From assembly GCA_964035775.1 (NCBI GenBank), contig OZ038316.1:10292001-10354000 (forward strand): DNA of 62,000 nt, given 5' to 3'. Shown here piece by piece: positions 54,865 through 62,000 of this stretch. Position numbers and translations under genes: made by a program. The notes below the pieces were generated by a model, which worked only from the letters and a program-made list of their open reading frames with translations, made no database searches and was not told where the DNA came from. The stretch's first letter is position 1; each line of letters begins with the position of its first letter.

Positions 54865-56028
54865 GTTACATGTATTAACATGTCCATGAACATATAATGC
54901 TTAAAATAAATGGATAGTAAATTTTATAATGTAGATATTTTTACCGTGTAGATATATAATTCTTAGAAATATCTTCTTTTCCTAAAATGAATTTATGTGT
55001 TAAATATTTATTTTATTTGTATTTGCATATATTTCTTCACTCGTGTATTAATAATATAACTGTATTTAGGGAATCATCTATATTTATAAAATATATATTT
55101 TTCATATATATATTTCTATATAGAGCATTGCCGAAGTGTGTGAGTGTACTCTGAAAATATACACAATAATTAGTGAGGAATATTAATGAATATTTTCAAA
55201 CAAAATAGTGTGAAATTTCCAGACTCGTGGAAGGTAAGAATGGGTCATTTAACGTTGCTTTTGGCTCAGAATGTATTAAACTAAGGTTTATTTAAACCAG
55301 CCGTTTTCACAACACTAATATGGTTCATTCAACCCAATTTATTTCAGGCTGCGATTCTCCCAATTGGTTATTTACTCGGTTAGTATGAAGACTGAAACCA
55401 TGGATTCAATTTGCCATTGATTAATTAATTCATTGAACCAGATTAAATCAAATTAATTGTTAAAATTAATTTCTACTGTTAAAATTAATTAACAATAGAA
55501 GATGACACTCTCCGGTTTTACTCTCTTGCGAATTTATTTACTATAAATAACCCGCATGTATCGCAGTATTCTATTGTCTAGCGCAACGCAACACATCCGC
55601 CAAGTAGCCACGCCCACTGTTCTTTCAGCGCGACCAAACCCTTTTATCAAACGTTAATCATAATAATAATAATCGACTCGTCTGAGATCCGTTGTTGTTT
55701 TTAGATATCTCCTGAAAGGTGTCCGTCAGTATTGTTTTGGACCGCAGTGGTCAGTAAAAGCATGGCCTTACTCACTACACATTATTAGTTTATTCTTATG
55801 CCACTAGGAGTAGTGTAATTGAAATTCTTCTTTTTATCTATTTATTTGCTTCCGCTCACCACGAAGTCATCAGAATTAGGCAGATTCAAGTACAACACTC
55901 ATAAACATAACTTATATGAGCTCAAGCTGCCTTTAGATCTGTTAATTCACAAGTTGAAGAATATCGTTATCCCGATCGACATAGCCAACTAGTAATTGCC
56001 GATATCTTTCAAAATATAAGGAAACACG

Positions 56029-56246
56029 ATGTTGACAACCAGCAACGGCATATACGACTTCAACAACCGTTCTCTTCAAGGCAAACGGGGCGCATTTCGG
56101 AGCGGTCAAGGGAGCATCAACTTCGGTCAAGGTGGCGTTTCCACTGCCATCGCCATGGCTACCGATTCGAATGGCAAGTACCGGACAATACACGAAAGAC
56201 ACCATCATCCGGATTGCGCAAAACAGAAGACCAAAAGGGTTAAAGG
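56029..56246 (+). CDS. Candidate coding exon of an unidentified gene
   Basis: GC-elevated non-repetitive ORF (MLTTSNGIYDFNNRSLQGKRGAFRSGQG...) ending at AAG|GTCATT, a donor type seen in PSMD2. No homologue recognised. Confidence 0.4.
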
Positions 56247-56526
56247 TCATTTAATAGTTTTCTATTTGTATTAAGAATTTCTCATAAACAAAGATAAAAC
56301 ATAGTTTTCTATCAATACATATATACTAAATCTTTAATATATGAGTTTATACCTTATTATCTGTCAATGTACCCATGTAAGTATGTATTGTAGACATATT
56401 TATGTATAATTGATATATCTAATACTTACGATGAAATTCGATATATCTGTTCACATCAAATGGAACTTAAGATAAAATATAGTTAAATATCTTAGACGAT
56501 CACTACGCAGTATTTTCGCAATTTAA

Positions 56527-56577
<51 letters not shown>

Positions 56578-57044
56578 CCATACCAAATAGTTTACGTCAC
56601 TAAATCTACCTACATGTACTTAACATGGACGAACTAGGCTTTTATTACGTGCTCAAATTCGCCATATGTGTTATACTGCATAATGCGAAATATACTATTT
56701 TTTCTATATATCTATTATATAAGTAGTTGCTATTTATATTTTTATATATAGACCTATAGGTCTTAATCAGAATTTGAGTTTTCGGGAGATATCATAGAAT
56801 ATGCTACGCGATATTGTGTCTATTAGCCTTGAGAAGGGTTAAACTATTGACCTCGTGATTTTTTGTTCTGATTCAAGATAAAGGATTAGTTGTATTGTGT
56901 ACATATTGTGTAAAATATACTGTGTATATTAACAGTGTAAAACGTGCACTGTAAAATGTATAATGTATAATCTATATATGAGAAAATCGTATTAGAAATG
57001 AAAAAAACCTAAATAAAAAATAACAATAAACCCTGCGTTTCTAT

Positions 57045-57094
<50 letters not shown>

Positions 57095-57898
57095 GACTAT
57101 ATTCTAAACCCAATAAACAGTAATAATTTTATAAAATGAATGGTCGTTATAAAGGAAATTGCGAAATGTAAAACAATGAAAATGCCTGCATTGTCTACAG
57201 GTTATTAATATTGGGTCTATCTATAAGCGTTTTAGGTAATTTCATTTTTTGCATTGCGTAATTCTTTTATATTTTTTATTTTTGTGGACACATCAAAAGA
57301 TTTTACAAAACCATTAAGTCCCCCCTGTTTACTGGCATATCTATAGATAACATATACACATACCGATAACTAACAACATGTATAGTTAATTATGTAATGT
57401 AGCTATATAATTATGTTATGTAATATAGCTTACAAAGCGTAAAGTCACCGAAGAACCGAAGCTCTAATAAAAATCGGATACCGTACTCAGCGAGTACCAT
57501 AGTACCATAGTAGTGCGTACGGTGTAAACACCGTACACCGAGTACGGTGGACGGCGTACGCGATACTTTGTAGTTCGTACATGGTACACAATGTCTACAA
57601 GGTCTGCCGAGTACGTCGCACACCAGCGAACTGTACGTCGCATACTGTAAGTCGTACACCGTATCGCGAAGAATACAGTTGCGGAGGGCATAGCAGACGA
57701 TATGATATTTAAATAGATCTCCAGCCGTCCGACTTGAATGCTTTATGTGAATATACGATTATCGCGTATATAAATTATATAAGCTGGTGTAGAAATTCGG
57801 TCTTCAAAGGGGATTAATTCTTATGGTTGATTCTTTTGCCCAGCAAGTCTACCGATATAGGGAGTGCATGTGATTTCGCAGGATTAGAGTGTGTTATA

Positions 57899-59914
57899 GT
57901 AGGTTAGGGTAGGTTAGTGTAGGTTAGGGTAGGTTAGAGTAGGTTAGGGTTTGTTAGGGTTTGTTAGGGTAGGTTAGGGTAGGTTAGGGTTTGTTAGGAT
58001 AGGTTAGGGTAGATTAGTGTAGGTTAGGGTAGGTTAGGGTAAGTTAGGGTAGGTTAGTGTAGGTTAGGGTATGTTAGGGTAGGTTAGGGTAGGTTAGGGT
58101 AGGCTATGGTAGGTTAGGGTATGTTAGGGTAGGTTAGGGTAGGTTAGGGTAGGCTATGGTAGGTTAGGGTTTGTTAGGGTAGGTTAGGGTAGGTTAGGGT
58201 AGGTTAGGGTAGGTTAGGATAGGTTAGGGTAGGTTAGGGTAGGTTAGGGTAGGTTAGGGTATGTTAGGGTAGGTTATGGTAGGTTAGGGTAGGTTAGGGT
58301 AGGTTAGGGTAGGTTAGGGTAGGTTAGGGTAGGTTAGGGTAGGGTAGGTTAGGGTAGGTTAGGGTAGGTTAGGGTAGGTTAGGGTAGGCTATGGTAGGTT
58401 AGGGTTTGTTAGGGTAGGTTAGGGTAGGTTAGGGTAGGTTAGGGTAGGTTAGGGTAGGTTAGGGTAGGCTATGGTAGGTTAGGGTTTGTTAGGGTAGGTT
58501 AGGGTAGGTTATGGTAGGTTAGGTTATGTTAGGGTAGGTTAGGGTAGGTTATGGTAGGTAGTGTAGGCTAGGGTAGGTTTGGGTAGGTTATGGTAGGTTA
58601 TGATAGGTTAGGGAAGGTTAGGGTAGGTTAGGGTTGGTTAGTGTAGGTTGGGTAGGTTAGGGTAGGTAGTGTAGGTTAGGGTAGGTAGGGTAGGTTAGGG
58701 TAGGTTAGGATAGGTTAGGGTAGGTTAGGGTAGGTTAGGGTAGGTTAGGGTAGGTTAGGGTAGGTTAGGGTAGGTTAGGGTAGGGTAGGGTAGGTTAGGG
58801 TAGGTTAGGGTAGGTTAGGATAGGTTAGGGTAGGTTAGGGTAGGTTATGGTAGGTTAGGGTAGGTTAGGGTAGGTTAGGGTAGGTTAGGGTAGGTTAGGG
58901 TAGGTTAGGGTAGGTTAGGGTAGGTTAGGGTAGGTTATGTTAGGTTATGGTAGGTTAGGGTAGGTTAGGGTAGGTTAGGGTAGGTTAGGGAAGGTTAGGG
59001 TAGGTTAGGGTAGGGTAGGGTAGGTTAGGGTAGATTAGGGTAGGTTATGGTAGGTTAGGGTAGGTTAGGGTAGGTTAGGGTAGATTAGGGTAGGTTAGGG
59101 TAGGTTAGGGTAGATTAGGGTATGTTAGGTTAGGGTAGGTTAGGGTAGGTTATGGTAGGTTAGGGAGGTTAGGGTAGGTTAGGGTAGGTTAGGGTAGGTT
59201 AGGGTAGGTTAGGGTAGGTTAGGGTAGTTTATGGTAGGTTAGGGTAGGGTAGGGTAGGGTAGGTTAGGGTAGGTTAGGGTAGGTTAGGGTAGGTTAGGGT
59301 AGGTTAGGGTAGGTTAGGGTAGGTTAGGGTAGGTTAGGGTAGGTTAGGGTAGGTTAGGGTAGGTTAGGGTAGGTTAGGGTATGTTAGGGTAGATTAGGGT
59401 ATGTTAGGTTAGGGTAGGTTAGGGTAGGTTATGGTAGGTTAGGGAGGTTAGGGTAGGTTAGGGTAGGTTAGGGTAGTTTATGGTAGGTTAGGGTAGGGTA
59501 GGGTAGGGTAGGTTAAGGTAGTTTGGTTAGGGTGGTTTGGTTAAGGTAGTTTGGTTAGGGTAGGTTAGGGTAGGTTAGGGTAGGTTAGGGTAGGTTAGGG
59601 TAGGTTAGGGTAGGTTAGAGTATGTTAGGGTAGGTTAGGGTAGGTTAGGGTAGGTTAGGATAGGTTAGGGTAGGTTAGGGCATGATAGGGTAGTTTGGTT
59701 ATGTTAGGGTAGGTTAGGGTAGGTTAGGGTAGATTATGGTATGTTAGGTTAGGGTAGGTTAGGGTAGGTTAGGGTAGGTTATGGTAGGTTAGGGAGGTTA
59801 GGATATGTTAGGGTAGATTAGGGTAGGTTAGAGTAGGTTAGGGTAGATTAGGGTAGATTAGGGTAGGTTGGGGTAGGTTATGATAGGTTAGGGTAGGTTA
59901 GGGTAGGTTATGGT
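57899..59914 (+). repeat. Telomere-like satellite (TTAGGGTAGG)n, interstitial
   Basis: About 200 decamer units with scattered variants, flanked by non-array DNA on both sides. Confidence 0.97.
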
Positions 59915-60154
59915 AATGAGTTATCCAATACATTAATTACTTACGTTTAATATATAAATGATTTACGTTTAAGACAGAACGATATTCTTTTATGTGTAGG
60001 AAATGTTAGTGCGAAACCTACTACACGTTTACTATATATTGTGTAGTATGTGTATAGTAAATAGTGCTATTTATATATATATATATATATATATAACTTT
60101 CAAACTATCTTTTATGTGCTGTGTATGTATACAATATGTAATGTAATGTACACA

Positions 60155-60220
<66 letters not shown>

Positions 60221-60426
60221 GGATAATATATACATAAACGTTGTAAAATCCATTAGATGCTCTGAGGTCATAGCTAATCATCAATAACGGAATATTATAT
60301 TATTGAATGCTTTGTTTAGTTATTAACAGATCTATTAATAATGAATATCGGTCATTTACGTCTATTACATGCATATTATAGCCATCAATTATACATGTAT
60401 TGGTACAGATAATCTTCTATTAAATC

Positions 60427-62000
60427 GAACTTTTTTCTAGTTTTTATGAATTGGGTTCAATGGTTTATGCATTTATTACAATAGTTACATTGTATGCGTA
60501 TGATGTATATGCGAATGACCCATTGCGATTAATATGTATAATTCAATATATCCTATAACTATACGAAGTCTTATATAACTCGCATTGTTATAATGTTCTA
60601 TCAAAATATGCATTTAAAGATATTAATCGTGTAGAATACGACAGTGTACAATGTACACTATATATTATACAATCTACACTGTATATTGTATACTGTACAC
60701 TGTACACTGTACACTGTACACTGTACACTGTACACTGTACAGTGTACAGGCAACCCAAAATTTAGGAAATATATTTTTAAATTATAGTTTAAATAAATCA
60801 ATTCTCATTCCTCCTATTATTTGTCAACAATTTCTATACAAATTAACGTCCTTGAAAATACAGATATTGTAATAATGAATCAATTTGTCATAATTAATTA
60901 AATATATATTGTATAAGTTAAGTTTAATATGTTAATTACTTGAATAATACTTTCTGTAGAGTGTTGTGAAATTACTACATTATATAATATAATAGCGCTT
61001 TGTTATTACCGTGTTTCCTTAAACACAGACAAATTAATTATCAGAGATCGTATTTTCAGATTATAATTATTATGACCTAATTTTTATATAACTTATCAAC
61101 GAGGTATAACTTAATGAATTAATGGTAGATAATTATCAGTTACGTAACTATATACAATGATATCGCGAGTGAAATCTACAATTCAATCATGCTTTCATAA
61201 CTCACTACCAATAGTTTTCTAACCACACTAAATNNNNNNNNNNNNNNNNNNNNNNNNNNNNNNNNNNNNNNNNNNNNNNNNNNNNNNNNNNNNNNNNNNN
61301 NNNNNNNNNNNNNNNNNNNNNNNNNNNNNNNNNNNNNNNNNNNNNNNNNNNNNNNNNNNNNNNNNNNNNNNNNNNNNNNNNNNNNNNNNNNNNNNNNNNN
61401 NNNNNNNNNNNNNNNNNNNNNNNNNNNNNNNNNGAACTTTTTTCTAGTTTTTATGAATTGGGTTCAATGGTTTATGCATATATTACAATAGTTACATTGT
61501 ATGCGTATGATGTATATGCGATTGGACCCATTGCGATTAATATGTATAATTCAATATATCCAATATATATCCAATATAACTATACGAAGTCTTATATAGC
61601 TCGCATTGTTATAATGCTATATCAAAATATGCATTTAAAGATATTAATCGTGTAGAATACGACAGTGTACAATGTACACTATATATTATACAATCTACAC
61701 TGTATATTGTATACTGTATACTGTATACTGTACACTGTACAGTGTACAGTATACAGTATACAGTATACAATATACAGTGTAGATTGTATAATATATACTG
61801 TACACTGTACACTGTACACTGTACACTGTACAGTATACAGTATACAGTATACAATATACAGTGTAGATTGTATAATATATACTGTACACTGTACACTGTA
61901 CACTGTACACTGTACACTGTACACTGTATACTGTACACTGTACACTGTACACTGTATACTGTACACTGTACACTGTATACTGTACACTGTAGAGTGTACA
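60427..62000. repeat. Diverged ~320-bp direct repeat pair around a gap, each copy ending in a (TGTACAC)n array
   Basis: 60427-60748 matches 61434-about 61750 with substitutions and a short insertion; the 7-mer array runs to the window end. Confidence 0.88.

Noticed and set aside
60427..61750. Direct repeat as LTR pair or biological duplication
   Set aside because: The second copy starts exactly at a gap edge and there are no LTR hallmarks; it may be uncollapsed haplotypes.

Overview
AT-rich, intron-rich animal-type genomic DNA with two assembly gaps (7638-7837, 61234-61433). Most ORF-track hits are satellite artefacts, so genes were rebuilt by hand from GT..AG junctions and recalled homologue sequences. 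Seven protein-coding genes lie in strictly alternating orientation with short spacers (164-270 bp where both ends are known): CTC1-like (-, partial), NDUFAB1 (+), TMEM104 (-), PSMD2 (+, 22 exons), COPS9 (-), BET1 (+) and a divergent SIX-domain/ANHX-like homeobox gene (-). The window also holds a decayed MULE transposase inside a CTC1 intron, MITE-like dispersed repeats, many intronic minisatellites, a 2 kb telomere-like (TTAGGGTAGG)n array and one unidentified candidate exon near 56 kb. Most notable: (1) 32 of 37 donors in the five complete genes have a pyrimidine at +3 (mostly GTTAG[T/C]) instead of the usual GTRAG; (2) real PSMD2 splice junctions are tandemly amplified into arrays of decoy donors and acceptors; (3) the homeobox gene has Ala50 and a one-residue loop insertion; (4) CTC1 has a large acidic insertion and possibly a truncated N-terminus. 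All homology calls come from memory, not from searches.
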